A DNA stretch of 64,000 nt from the human T2T-CHM13v2.0 reference genome, Homo sapiens. A model generated the notes under the pieces. That model had not been told where the DNA came from. It worked only from the letters and a program-made list of their open reading frames with translations, and ran no database searches. The position numbers and the translations under genes were made by a program. The stretch lies in NCBI RefSeq assembly GCF_009914755.1, contig NC_060926.1. One strand, 5' to 3'. Below, piece after piece: positions 14,798 to 28,208 of the stretch. How positions within the stretch are numbered: position 1 is the first letter of the stretch; each line of letters begins with the position of its first letter.

Positions 14798-15125
14798 AGC
14801 ATGCATGATGGCACGCACCTATAAAGAGGCTGAGGCGTAAGAATCACTTGAACCCAGGAAGTGGAGGTTGCAGTGAGCGGAGATCGTGTCATAGCACTCC
14901 AGCCTGGGCAAAAGAGTGAAACTGTCTCAAATTAAAAAAAAAAGTTCCTTAATTTGATAAAGTATCCCCAAAACCTAGAGCAAGCATGGTCCCCATGGGG
15001 AAGAGTCAGATGCATTCCCTCTAAGATCATGAATAAGACAAAGATGTCCACTCTCTCTAAGGCAATTCTGCATGTACTGGGGATCTCAGCTGACACAATA
15101 AAACAAGGAGGAACTAGGGACCTAA
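13800..15125 (+). mobile_element. Old L1 fragments (ORF2-derived plus an L1ME-like 3' end), interrupted by an Alu
   Basis: AT-rich island with L1 ORF2 hallmarks (cccaattcattctatgaggccaacataatcctaatacc = PNSFYEANIILIP; ccaggtatgcaaggatggctt). 3'-end-like block at about 13920-14180. Confidence 0.75.
14639..14944 (+). mobile_element. Alu (AluS-type) with expanded A28 middle linker
   Basis: Full dimer; TSD aagtcccttaattt / aagttccttaattt; A-run at 14767-14794. Confidence 0.95.
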
Positions 15126-18100
15126 CTGTCCCAGTAGAGTCCCCTTGCCTGTCCTTCTTGTCTTTAGTGAGTACCCCGTGCAGGCATTACTAGGCTGGGG
15201 GCTTCACACACCCTCTCAGACAGCCGGAGTCCCGGCATGGGGGAGGGCTACTTTTCTTGCCCACTGCCCTTGCCCTGGGTCCAGAGCACCCCATAGTTAA
15301 GGCTGTGGGTTTGCGCTCAGTGAGGTGTGAGTCCTGGAGGTTTGGGGCGGCCATGGCACTGGAGCAGCAGAAGGAAGCATTAGCCTCCTCAGTCTGGATC
15401 CTCACTGTGTCTCTTGGGGGCTAGACCTCTGGCAGGGAGGGCCCCAGGCACTGGGTGAGCTCAGAAGGTGCGTCAGCGGGAGCAGCTGGCTTCTAAATGA
15501 GCTCACCAGGGCCTGAGGGAGAGCCCCTGGCTGCAGGACCTGGGTCCTCCACAGGCTGACGCCATGCCTGGGGCAAGGTGGACCTCAAGGGAGCCAGGGC
15601 ACAGGCTGTGTGCCTCACCTGGCCTGGCCTCTCCAGCCTGGGGCTCTTGTTGCCTCATACCAGTCCTGCTGCTTTCCATCACTTGGCCCCTCCTCTTTCC
15701 ACGGGGAGGCCCTGGACAGACCTCACGGAGGCAACCCAGCAAGGATGTGGCTAACAGCTGTGCAGGGGCGCCGGCGGGCATCTGTCCACAGGCTCTTCCC
15801 CAAGGGCATACACAGGCTTCCCTATAGGTGCTTCTTGCCCTCCATTCCTTCCGTCCAACACCCTCCCTGCTCAGGGCTGACAGGCTCCTCTGAATGCACA
15901 CTCTTCTCAACGCCAGGGGAGACCCTGCCAAGCTCCTCCATCCTAGGGTGGCTGTGTGGGGAAGGGTCCGGCTCAGGAGAAGGCCCCTGGATGCCAGGAG
16001 AGGGGCCTGGATGGAGCCGGCAGGGGAGGCGGCACAGGGCAACAGTGAGGAGGGTGAACTGAGGCCGGGGGGGCTGGGCCCAGCAAGAGTGCCAGGGATT
16101 CCTGGCCCTGCCCAGCTCTAGGCCCTCTCAGTGCCACAGAGACCACCTGGTGAAGGTGTGGGGAGAGGGATCCCCAGAGGGTCCATGCCAGGCAGTCTGG
16201 GCCTGCTCACACCATGTGTATCCTTCCATAGGGCCCACGCCTGGCAGGACCCTGGCTTGGAGCGGCTTTAACTGTGGCTGGGCTCCTGAGGAGGTAAGGT
16301 GGGCCCTGTGTTCCACGCCCAGCTACCCACCCAACACCTTCTCAGGGCAGGGACGCCCACACCAGTCTGGACACAGAACAACCCGGGGCGAGACACGTAC
16401 TGGAGAAGACTGTGCTCCTCACCCCGGCGCTCTGGGACCTTGCTTCCCAGAAGCTGGAAGGAACCAGCCAGGCATCCCGGCGAGGATGTGGAGGGTGGTG
16501 GTGGGCCCACCCCTGCCTCAGGGAGGGCGGCCAGGCTCACGGGGAGGCTGTGGCATGTGGGCATGTGAGTGGGCAGGGACAGCCCAGCAAGGGCTGTGGG
16601 AAGCCGGGAGGGCAGTGCCCTGTGCAGTGGCTCCAGATTCAGGGCATTCAGTGTGCAGCAGGCCAGGGCAAATGGCACGGGGGGAATGGGGCGGAGGGGA
16701 GGGGCGGTGACTCACAAGGCCATGGGGGCGGGCAGAGGAACAAGGGCAGCAGGAAGGGCAGGCAGGGGTGCTATCAGCTGACGGGCTCCTGCTGGAAAAG
16801 ACGGCTCGACTCACAGGAGGGCACCTGAGACATGGGGTGTGGGGGAAGGCAGCGGTCGGGGAGAGCCTAGGCAGGCCTCCCACTTGTCAGCCTCCCCAAC
16901 TCTGTTGCCACTCCTACTGCAAAAGAGCCCTGGAGACCACCCTGGGTCTGGGGTCCTTGCCGTGGCTGCAGCCCCCCGCTGCCCACAGCCTGTGTGGTTC
17001 CACCCATGGGCCTGGTGGAGCTGGTCCCTGCTCTGCTCCGCCACACCAGGCCTCCCTCCCCAAAGGCTGGGCCTTGCTCTGCATGCAGTGGGGCCCAAAC
17101 CAGCCAGGCACTCCAGCGTCCCACCCGCACACCCTGTCTCCTGCGGAAGGGCACCGCTCCCAGGCACAGCCCGCTCTGAGCCAGGGGCATGTCACACAAT
17201 ATGGCGCTTTTCTCCTCTTCTGGCCTGGCTCCCCATAAGCCTGCCCAAGGGCCAGCCTGGGCCTGGGCAGAGCAAGGCCTGGGAATGGCTAAGGCTTTGA
17301 GGCCTGGAATGAAGCATGACCGTCACTCCCTAAAGCCATGAGTAAAGCTAGTCTGAGGAGTAACTGTGGCGGCTGCCACCACCTGCTGGGCACTTTCCTT
17401 GCAAACACTGGGGTGGCTCCAGATTTCCCAGAAACCACTGTTCCTCATACCCCAGGACGGGAGGGGACCTTCGAAGTTGGAAGGAGAGCAGCAGCAGACC
17501 ATGGTCCGAGGGGCGCTTCCCGGGGCCACAGCTTTGGGGGATGTTTAGCAAAACCAGGGGCTGGTATGGCCTGGAGGGCCCGGAGTCAGAGGAGGAACAT
17601 GCTCCCAGATTCTTTGGGGCCCACGGGGACAGAGGGCAAAGAGAGACCATCAGGTGGCCTCAGGTCACCAGTGAAGGAAGGCGAGTTACATTTATACCAA
17701 GCACCTGTTTTGGGGGTCCTCTGGGGGATGAGGAAGGTTGGATTAACCACCAGCTCAGAAGGCCAGTGCTATGTGAGCAGGGTCTGTGGCCACATAGGAT
17801 CCAGTTAGTCCTGTGGTCAGCCTCTAAGTGTGGAATGGCCATGCTGAGCCAGGCAGAAGCTGACCCAGTCCTGCTGAACATCCCAGGGCAATGGTTTCAC
17901 CACAGGTTGGGGGTCCATGCTGAGACCACGCTGCAGGGACACAGGGGCACCATGTGGGTCCCGAAGCCAGTAGGCTTGGCTCTGTACCTCCTTGAGGGCA
18001 GGGCCCTGCCCTCTCCTCTCTGCACCTGCCCTGCTGGCCCAGACCCTCTGCTGGAAACCTGCCCCAAACTCCATGAAGCACTGTCCTTCACATCACAGCT

Positions 18101-18618
18101 TCTGAGCCTGGACTTGACAGCCTCCTCCTGAGACCCCACATGGCTCTTCTGTCATACACGCCCTGTGCCCGGCCCTGGCACTGTGCTCTGGATGGCCTGC
18201 ACCAGGCTAGTGACAATTCACTGACTCTACTGCATCAGAGGGGGCACAGGGCGGGGTGGGCTGTGATGGAGGGCCCCGGGCCCTGCCCATGAAGTGCCGC
18301 AGTCCCCGAGGGAGGGGAGGGCTCTCCTTGCTAGTGCTTGGGTCTTCCTTTGTTCTCAGCCTGTCTACTGGGTAGGTGGGACTTGCCACCTTTAGAAACT
18401 TGTTCACCCTGGGGCAGCCTGTCAGAGTCAAGAGGCGCTGGCTGTCCTTAAGATGACACCAGTTTCAATAGGTTGGTGGCCCAGGTAGGATGGAGACGCT
18501 GTCACACTCCCACCTGGGAGCTGCGGCCCCTCTGAGGACAAGTGCTCTGGGGCCTGGAGAGCTGGGAGAAGAAGGTGGGCTACTGGGCAGTAAAGAGGCT
18601 CCACCGCAAAGAAGGGAG

Positions 18619-18620
<2 letters not shown>

Positions 18621-18664
<44 letters not shown>
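18621..18664 (+). repeat. (GT)22 microsatellite
   Basis: Perfect dinucleotide run, direct reading. Confidence 0.97.
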
Positions 18665-18666
<2 letters not shown>

Positions 18667-19249
18667 AGGGGGAGACAAAAGAGGTCTTCGGACCACCCTC
18701 CCACACCCAGGCTCTGGGATTTCCTGACTGTGGCCCACAAGGTACAGGGGTGTCAGCCTGGGTGGGCAGGCCCTGGAGCCTCCTGCTTCCTGAAACTCCT
18801 TCCTTCAGGCACATTTGTGCTGATTCTCCATGGACACAGCCCTAGCACCCCCAGAGAGGCTCCAAGGAACAAGGAAAATAAGAAGCAGTTGCCAGGATAC
18901 CCAAGGCTCAGTGGGCCCCATGACCTACTCCAAACCACCTCCCCCTCTTGGTTTTCCTGTGTGGCAAGGCAGAAATGCAGGAGTCTGAAGGCAGAGGGGT
19001 CTGGATGTGCCCAGTGAGGAACCAGCAACTGAGTGACCATGCGCAGATCCAGTGCCCTCTGAGCCCTGGGTCCCTCTGTCCTGAAGGGCTACTGTGAACA
19101 CCGTGAGATGTTGCCGGCTGATGGCACAGGCAGCATCCTTGCTGCCTCCCCTGTGCTGGGCACACCCATACTGGCTCATTTGGTTCTCTCCTCACTCCAG
19201 GGCAATGGGTACCATTCTTCTCTCCACTTCAGGGCAGGGGGTACCACTC

Positions 19250-19340
19250 CTCTCCGTTTATAGTTGAGGAGTCAGGCACAGTGAGGTGAAGGCCCTTGCT
19301 CAGGGCCACACAGCTAGGCAGCTGCCTGGGTGTCCACACC
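19250..19340 (-). mobile_element. MIR fragment
   Basis: tttatagttgaggagtcaggcacagtgaggtgaaggcccttgctcagggccacacagctag. Confidence 0.55.
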
Positions 19341-19832
19341 CTTGACTGCCAGGGCTTGTGACTAGGCTCCCAGCACATGCTGGGACCTGAGAGGCTCTCC
19401 TGGGACTAACACAAATCTTTCCCAAACTTTTCCAAAAATCTGAAGTGAAAAGAATACTTCCTAACTCATTCTATGAGGTCAGTATTATCCTGATATCAAA
19501 GCCAGACAAAGATATAACAAGAAAATTACACACTGATGTCCTTTATAAATACTGATGAAAATATCCTCAGCAAAATACTTGCAAATTGAATTGAACAGCA
19601 TATAAAAATGATTATGTATCATGACCAAGTGAGATTTATCCCTAGAATGAAAGGATGGTTCAAAATATGAAAATCAATGTAGTATGCCACATTAACAGAA
19701 TGAAGGAAAAAAACACATGATCATCTCAACTGATGCAGAAACATCATTTGACAAAATTCAATGCACCTGCATAATAAAAACTTTCAACAAACTAGAACCA
19801 GAAGGAAACTACCTCAGTGTAATAAAGGCCAT

Positions 19833-20174
19833 TGCTATGGACTGAATGTGTGTGTTCCACCAAAACTCATGTTGAAGTCCTAATCTCCAACGTGATGGCA
19901 TTTGGAGGTGGCGACTCTGAGAGGTAATTAGGTCATGAGGGTGGAGCCATAATGAATGGGACCAGTGGCTTCATAAGAGAAGACATGAGAGATGATTTCT
20001 TCTCTCTTGGCCATGGGAGATGCAGGGGATACAAGACAGGCAACAAGCCCTCACCAGTTCCACATCTGCTGGCTCCTTCATCTGGGACTTGGGTCTCAAG
20101 AACTGTGAGAAATAAACACTTGCTGCTTGAGCCACCCAGGCTATAGTGTTTGTAATAGAGGCTGAGCTAAGACA
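19833..20174 (+). mobile_element. MaLR solo LTR (MLT1A/MLT1A0-like) inserted in the L1
   Basis: TG...CA termini (tgctatggactgaatg ... ctaagaca), internal aggtaattaggtcatgagggtggagcc and agaactgtgagaaataaa; 5-bp TSD GCCAT/GCCAG. Confidence 0.88.
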
Positions 20175-20875
20175 GCCAGATATGAAAAACTCACAGTTAA
20201 CATCATATTCAATGGTGAAACACCAAAAGCTTTCCTCTACTTTGGGAACAAGGCAAAGATGTCTACTTTTGCCACAGCTATTCATCAGAGTACCGGAAGT
20301 TCTAGCCTGAGCAATCAGGTAAGAAAAATAAGTAAAAGGTATTCAGATTGGAAAGAAAAAAGGAAAGTTATCTCTCTTCTCAGATGACATAATCTTATAT
20401 GTAGATAATGCTAAAGAATCCACTTCCACACACAAAAACCTGTTAGAGCTAATAAACTAACTTAACAATGTTGTTAAAGTAAAAATTAAAAGAAATCAGT
20501 TGTATTTCTATTCACTAGCAACAAACAATACAAGAAGGAAATTAACAAAACAATTATGTTTTTGTTGGCATCAGAAAGTGTAAAATATTTAGGAGGAGAC
20601 TTAACCAATGAAGTGAAATACTTGTAAACTAAAAACTACAAAACACTGATGAAAGAAATTAAAGACAACCCCAGTAAATGGAAAATCATCCCATGTCCAT
20701 GAACTGAAAGACCTACTATCATTAAGATGTAAATACTACTCATGTAATCTACAGATTTAATGAAATCCCTATCACAACCCCAACAGTATTTGCTGCATAA
20801 ATAGAGTAACTTAACCTAAAATTCATATGAAATTTCAAGGGATTTTGAATAGCTAAAGTACTTGACAAAAAAGAA

Positions 20876-21055
20876 TGGCTCATGTCTGTAATCCCAGCAC
20901 TTTGGGAGGCCAATGAGGGAGGATTGTTTGAGCCTGGGAGGTTAAGGCTGCAGTGAGCCAGGTTCACATCACTGCACCTTAGCCTGGATGACAAAGCGAG
21001 ACCCTGTCTCAAAAACAAACAAAAAAAACCCCAAACCAAAACAAATACAAAACAA
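20876..21055 (+). mobile_element. Monomer-length Alu (left-arm start joined to right-arm end; FRAM/AluJ-like)
   Basis: ggctcatgtctgtaatcccagcactttgggagg...gctgcagtgagcc...gcgagaccctgtctcaaaaac. Confidence 0.85.
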
Positions 21056-21494
21056 AGTTGGACTCCCATTTCCTGATTTCAAAACTTAACTACAAAGCTA
21101 TGGTAGTCAAATCAGTGTGGTACTGTCATAAAGATAGGCATATAGACCAATGGAATACGATAAAGAGCCCAGAAATCAACCCTTGCATATATGGTCAAAT
21201 GGTGCCAAGACCATTCAATGGGGAAAACACACTCTTTTCAACAAATGGTGCTGGGGAAACTGGATTTCCACATGTAAAAGAAGGAAATTGGACCCTTATC
21301 TAACATTATACATAGAAATTAACTCAAAATGGATTAATGACCAATGGTAAGACCTAAAACTGTCAACTCTTAGAACACAGGAAAAAAGCTTTATGATACT
21401 AGATTTGGCAATGATCTCTTGAATATGACATCCAAACACAGGTAACAAAAGAAAAGCTAGATTAATTGGGCTTCATCAAAATTAAAAACATTTA

Positions 21495-21805
21495 GGCTGG
21501 GCATGGTGGCTTATGCCTATAATTCTAGCACTTTGGGAGGCCGAGGTGGGTGATCCACCTGATCATGAGGTCAGGAGTTCGAGACCAGCCTGACCAACAT
21601 GGAGAAACCCCGTCTCTACTAAAAATACAGAAATTAGCTGGGCGTGGTGGCACATGCCTGTAATCCCAGCGACTCAGGAGGCTGAGGCACGAGAATCGCT
21701 TGAACCTGGGAAGCAGAGGTTGCGGTGAGCCGAGATGACACCATTGCACTACAGCCTGGGCAACAAGAGTGAAACTCTGTTTCAAAAACAAAACAAAACA
21801 AAAAA
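21495..21805 (+). mobile_element. Alu (AluSp/Sq-like)
   Basis: Diagnostic gaccaacatggagaaacccc and caacaagagtgaaac; TSD aaaattaaaaacattt / aaaattgaaaatattt. Confidence 0.93.
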
Positions 21806-24800
21806 TTGAAAATATTTGTGCATCAAAGGATAGTATCAACAGAGTGAAACGCAACCCACAGAATGGAAGAAAATATTTGTAAATCATATATCTGATAAGA
21901 GATTAATATCCAGAATATATAAAGAACTCCTATAACTTAACAACCCAATTAAAAAATGTGCGACATTTGAGTAGACATTTCCCCAAAGAAGACAGACCAA
22001 TGGCCAACAAGCAGATATAAGATGAACATCGTTAGCCATTAGGGAAATGCAAATCAATACCACAATGAGATTCCACTTCACATCCATCAGACTGGCTATT
22101 ATCAAAAAACAGGAAGAAATGTTAGCAAGGATGTAGAGAAACTGGAACCCTTCTGCAGTGCTGGTGGGAAGGTAAAATGGTACAGCTACTGTAGAAAGCA
22201 GTATGGTGGTTTCTCAAAAAAAATGAGATACAGAATTACCATATGATCTAGCAATTCCTCTTTTAGATATATTCCCAAACAATCTAAAAGCAGAGACTTA
22301 AACAGATATTTGTACACCCATGTTCCCAGCAGCATCATTCACAATAGCAAGAAGGGAGCAGCCAAGAGTCCACTGACAGATGAAGGGATGATGAGCAAAA
22401 TATGGTACATATAGACGATGGAGTATTACTCAGCCCTAAAAAGGAAGGCGATTCTGACACAGGATAAAATATGGATGAACCTTAAAGACATTATGCTAAG
22501 CCAGTCGTGAAAAGACAGTATCATATAATTCCACTTAAATCCGCTATCTAGAGTAGCCAAATTCATAGTCAGGAAGTAGGATGGACGGCGTGAGAGGCTG
22601 GAGGGAGGGGAATGAGGAGTTCGTGTTTAATGGGGTCAGAGCTCAGTTTGGGAAGATGAAAAAGTTCTGGAGACGGATGATGGTGATGACTGTACAATGT
22701 GAATGTACTTCATGCCACTGAACTGTACACTCAAAAATGGTTAGAATGGTAAATTTTATGTTATGCATACTTCACCACAATAAAAAACAAAAAAAGGCTT
22801 TCCCACAACGAGTGTCCTCAAGAGCCAAGTCCCAACAGCTTCTCAGGAGGGAAAGCAGCACGTCCCTGGGCGCGGCCACCCTGGGCCCACCAGTGGGGCT
22901 GGCCCAGGCCTAACCCACCCCTCACTCCCTCTCCCTCCTGCATGACTGTGTGGGGTACTCCTCGGCTCTCGGAATGAGAGGACCAGAGGCCAAGGGCACC
23001 AGAATCGGCCTCAGATGGGGCAGAAACACACCTGGACGTGGCCCAGGGCCGAGGTGTGACCTAGCCAAGGACCCAGTTTCTGTTCTTTGCAGGGACAGAG
23101 CAGGCTTCGCAAGTGCCTGCCTCCTGCCATGCAGCAGAGAGCACACAGCTCCCTCCTTGCTCTGCACCACAACTCCCCGACGCACCCCAACAGCATGGGA
23201 GGTGGTGTTCTGCTCTCCCGTCCTCCAAAGGAGCAAACTGAGGCCACAGCTGCACCCTTGGACACAGGCCCATCAGCAGGAGCGAGCCCTCTGCCCTGGC
23301 CGGCCCACTCTTAGCAAACTATAAGAGGTCAACACAACACAGATTGCAAATTATGCTGCTGAGGCTCTGCTGGCCCCAGTCTCAGTGTGACATGTGGGGA
23401 AACTGAGTGGATGGCAGGTCATGCCCTATCCTCCAGACCCCTACGCTGGACACTCCAGGCCCAATGAGGAAGAGCCACAGCAGCAGCTGAAGGCACATTG
23501 AGGCCCAGCCCCATGTGGTGGATGAGGAAACTGAAGCAGAGAGCTCACAAGCCGGTGAGGAGCACAGTGGATCTCTGTCTTTGAAGGCCACGCGTGACCT
23601 GTGCCAGGCCCCCGGCAGAAAGCTGGGGCACAGAGGGTAATCACAGTGGGCCAGGCCTGCCTGGAAAGACCCCAGCTGGCGGAGAGACAGAGGCACACAG
23701 GGTAGGGAGCTGTGGCTGAGAGGCTCATAACCCCTCCCCCATCCCGGCCCTGCTAACACAGCCCATCTGCCAGGCGGAGGCTGGGGGTGCTGGCGAGGGC
23801 AGCAGACCCCTGGGCTCTGAGCAGACGGAGGAAACACAGCTTGTGGCAGCACAAACACCAGCGCCAGCAAGGCAGGGTGGCTCTGGTGGGCAGAGGGCTA
23901 CCCCACCTCCAGGCCGGGGTCTTGCCAGCCGCTTCCCATCAGCACTCAGATTGTCTTGTGAAGCCCAGGCTGGGGCAGCATGGGAGAGTCAGGCCTGGAC
24001 CCGGGTGACACTCTGCTTATACTGCTGAATTCACCAAACCAAGGACCCCAGCGGCTTCCTCTGTAAAATGGGGGGCTTCTCCAAAGTTCCAAGCACACTC
24101 CAAGCTCCTGCAACCAGAACTACAGGCCCATCCCCAACCCACGGCATTAAGCTGAGGGCATAGCTGGCATGGACGAGGCTGTGCAGGAGGCCCACACAGC
24201 GGAGCCTGCCCTCCGGAGAGGGCCTGCAGCCCCAGGACACAGCTACCATCCCTACCTGGACCCTGGCAGGGATGGGACACTGGAGAAGAGGGGGGGACCA
24301 CCCACCCTCTCCCAAACCAGCGCCGCCTTGGGCCATGCTGGTGACCAGGTGTGGCTTCCACAGTACGCCTGCCCCCAGCCCTGCACCTGGGCCACGTCAA
24401 GGGGGCCGTGTGTTCGCGGAGGTGTCTACCTGGGGCGCTGTGTGCACGGGGGTATCTCTGGGTTCTTGGGCCCTGAAGCTGAGCAGCTCCAGTCCCTCTC
24501 CCAGCAAGTAGGGAGGGACAGCTGGGACCCCCATAGGACTGTCTGTCTAGCACCTGTTGTAATTAATCTCTTCGGGGGAGGCTGTAACTAAGGGCAGGGT
24601 GGGCGGACCACCTTGAGTTACGCAGGTGGAGGACGAGGATGCCCAGGACTGGGCCCAACTTCTGCCCGGCAGCATCACCTGGCCACACCCAGGGCCCCTG
24701 CCATGCCAGCTGTGCCCACAGTCAATCCATGAGATGCCTAGGGCAGACCCTCCTCCCAGCTGCTCTGGGCGTGTCTCACCCTCCAGAGCAGCTAGCCCCA

Positions 24801-25044
24801 CACCCCGTCTGAGCCTCCGCCAGTATCTTTCTCAAGGGAGAGCCGCCACCGTGTGCTGTGTGTGGTGGGGGTGGGTGCAATGGCACATGCCTAAGAAATG
24901 AGTGCCTCTGTCATTGTCATTAGCTGGGGAGGGCAAAAGAAAGGAATGGGAGCCCTGGGTCACAAAGTTTGAGGAGTCTGGGCTTTTGGCTGCTTGGGTA
25001 CATGCAGCAACAGCCTCCTGAATGGTCTATAGAAACCAGCCTTC

Positions 25045-25325
25045 CCTCCCTCTGTGAGGGGCAGGGGTTTCTGGGGGCTGCGTAGCTCTAGCCGCCCCTC
25101 TGTGTGGGACTGGGGTCGCCGGGGGCTGCATGGCTCTAGCCACTCCTCTGTGAGGGGCAGGGGTTCCCGGGGGCTGCGTAGCTCTAGCCACCCCTCTGTG
25201 TGAGGCAGGGCTGCATGGCTCCTGTACCCCTCTGTGTTGGGCAGAGATCCCCAGGGGCTGCATGGCTCCTGCGCCCTGTGTGTCAGGCAGGGGTTCCCAG
25301 GGGCCATGTGGCTCCAGGCTACCCT
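25045..25325 (+). repeat. GC-rich minisatellite, about 48-bp unit, about 6 copies
   Basis: Unit start (c/t)cctctgtg at 25048, 25096, 25144, 25192, 25228 and a variant at 25274. Unit about ccctctgtgaggggcaggggttyccgggggctgcrtrgctctagcc. Confidence 0.9.
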
Positions 25326-27719
25326 TCCTGTGTCTGCAATGACAGCAGATCGTCTTTGGAAAAGCATCTCCTCTAATATCCTGGGACCATTTCAAAGACT
25401 TCTGAGAGCTCAGGATGGAAGAGCAGCCCAGCTCAGAATGGAAAATTGCTCAGCTCTTAAAGGGACCAGTGGGAAGGAATTTCAAATACGAAGAAACATC
25501 CCCAAGTGCCAACCACTTGTAAGGAAAAAAGGAATTCTTGTTCCAGAATGTTTCTGAGTCACCACTGGCGCCAAAGCATGAGCTACTGCTGGGGATGTGT
25601 GTATATGAGCGTGAGCGTGCGTGTGTGGGAGAGCGTGCGTGCTTTGTCAGCCCCTGGTCAACCCTGGGAGTTCTCCAGCCTCTCACCCTCAGGGGTACAT
25701 GTGTGCTGGTTTGAAGCCTGCAGCTGATCCTGCCCGCTGGGCCCAGCCTCCATGGGGTCCCCGGCACTCATGGACATCGGGCAGCATGTGTTCCTGGGCC
25801 CCACTGGCTCACGCAGGCATCACGGCTGCCAGACAGTCAGGGACACCATGCTGGCCGGTGTCTCCCTAGTGGGAACAGCTCAGAGGCTCCAGCTTGGCCT
25901 GAGGGGAGGGAAGGCAGAGGACTGGGCTCTCCATGGTGCCGCCAGCTCCTCTCCCTGGATAAAGTCATGCCCCAATGAGAAGACATTCCCGCCAGAGCCC
26001 TGAAGCCAGTCCCATCCCTCAGGACACCCTGAGGCAGTAGGTGTCACTGCTCAGTGTGACCAGAGTGGAGGCTGTGCATGGGGACTTCTGGCCAGGTGCT
26101 GTGCTCCAAGCTGGCGCTGCTGCCTCAGGGAGTCTGAGAGGTGTAACTAGGGGAGGATACCTGGTCTCAGGCCCCATGACTCACTGGCCGCCTGCTAAAC
26201 TGGGGACCTTGAGGTCAAAGAATGCCATGGGCAGCACACATGGGTCAGGCTGAGCTGGAGCTGTGCAGCCAAGGCTGGCGTGCATGTGTGTCTGCATGTT
26301 TACTGATGTGTACGTGGTGTGTTCACATGTGGGAGTGCATGTGTGGGACTCTCTCACTAAGCATCCAGCTGAAGACACTCCCATCTGATCCACTCCCTCC
26401 CAGCCCCAGCCCTGTGACCATCTGCAGCTCCTCTAGGTGTAGGGCTAACGGTTCCCCAAGGGTGGACCCAGTCCTCTCTTGGGGCCCAGGAATAGCTCTG
26501 CACGCAGGTGCTGGTGACTGAGTGGCTCCTTGACATGGTGGCTCCCTCCCAAACCCCCTGCTACTCCTGTGCCTGGTGGCTGGCTCCCCTCCCCTCACTC
26601 CCTCAAGCTGCACTTGGGATGCTCCCCACCAAGCCCCTGCCACCACGGGGCTTCAAGGCATTTCCTGATTCAGGCCCAGCCCTTGAGGCTAGGTCTCCCA
26701 TTGTGGCTAGGTCTTCCATTCCAACGGCTCTGTGGTGGGGCCTCTTCCGCAACGGCCCCCATCTGAGTCCACCCTCCCAAGGCCTCTTTTGGGAAGACAG
26801 CCGGCCAGTTCCCTGCTCTGTACAGGGCAAGGCCTGGCCTCTCAGCTGCTCCAGCCTCTTCTCCCCCGACGGCCTGCCCTTGAGGTCCTTGCTCACGGCA
26901 TCTTCTGCCTGCAACGCCCTCCTGTCCTCACCCCTCCCTGTGTGTTCCTCCAAAGTGCTGACCACATGTTTCTCTGGTCCCCCACAGTCTAAACCCCAGG
27001 AGCCAGGCCCACACATCCGACCTGCTGCCCATTCCCAGGAGGAAATGCCAGGCTTTTCTGGGGCCTGGGCCTGCCCCACCCCTGATGCCCAAGGGCGAGG
27101 CACACAGCCAGGACACCTCCACTCTCGACGTTCTCTGAAAGGATGCCCCAAGATGCAGACCAAACATGCAGCCAAGAGGTGCTTTGCAGCATCACAGAGG
27201 ACAGTAAAGGCAGGGCCAGGAGGGCATGTGAAGTGCTCAGGGACACGGGGCCATGCAGAGGAGCTGGGAGCAGGCTGACCCTGACCCTAACAGCACAACA
27301 CCCATGGGGCCACCCTGAGGGCTGAGGACAGCTCTATGTAGTGCCTCTGTGCTTGAGAACAAGTTCTAGAATCAGCATGCATTACTGTTACAGTAAGAAC
27401 AAAACCGAAGAGAAGTACCTAAAACGTAGTTTCCAGATCTAGCACCCAATCATGCAAAACCCTGAGCTTAAAGTCCCACCTGCACACGCACCTGTCTGGG
27501 CCCAGATGCTCCTCCATACATGGTGGGGGGACACTGGCTGGCCAACCCCGTCAAGTGGGCACTTGCCACCTGTTGGCCAACATCCTTCTGCTTCATGACA
27601 TCCAGGCTGCCTGCTAAAGGGGACATCTGGGAGGTGCCTAGAAATAAATGGCTGAGGCTCCCTTGGGAGAACGCTACTGCAGCCCAGTGTGGGTGCCCAG
27701 GTCCTCACCCAAAGGCCAC

Positions 27720-28208
27720 TGTGGTGGCTACTTTTAGGTGTCAACTTCACTGGGTTAAAAGACACCAAGATTGCTGGTAAAGCTTTGTTTCTGGGTATGT
27801 CTGTGATTGGCATTTGAATGGGTGGATTGAGAAAAGAAGACTGACTTCTCCAGCGTGAGCAGAGATCTTCCAATCTACCGCACGCCTCAACAGAACAGGA
27901 AGGTGGAGGAAGGGTGAATCTCCTCTCTCTTCTGGAGCTGGGACACTCATCTTCTTGCCCTTGGACATCAGAACTCCAGGTTCTCGGGCCTTTGGGCTCT
28001 GGGACCTAACACCACAGCCCCCAGGTTCTCAGGCCTTTGGCCTTGGACTAAGCCTGCTCGCTGGCTTCCCTGGTTCTCCAGCTTGCAGATGGCAGATCTC
28101 GGGTCATCTTAGTCTCCCTAATTGCATAAGCCTATTCCCCCAATAAATCCTCTTTCACCTGTCTCTATATATCCTATAAGTTCTGTCCCTCTGGAGAACC
28201 CTAATATA
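27720..28208 (+). mobile_element. ERVL solo LTR (MLT2-like)
   Basis: tgtggtggctacttttaggtgtcaacttcactgggttaa ... ccttggacatcagaactccaggttctcgggcctttgg ... caataaatc ... tctgtccctctggagaaccctaatata. Confidence 0.88.

Larger units (their letters stand above)
19407..22795 (+). mobile_element. 5'-truncated L1 (L1MB-like): ORF2 3' half plus 3'UTR, with nested LTR and Alus
   Basis: Decayed ORF2 peptides ([31 protein letters not shown]; [25 protein letters not shown]). L1MB-type 3'UTR (cagtttgggaagatgaaaaagttctggag...gtaaattttatgttatg...ccacaataaaaaa). Confidence 0.9.

Noticed and set aside
25045-25325. CRISPR-like repeat array
   Set aside because: Units are head-to-tail with no unique spacers, in a mammalian intron with no cas genes. 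It is a minisatellite.
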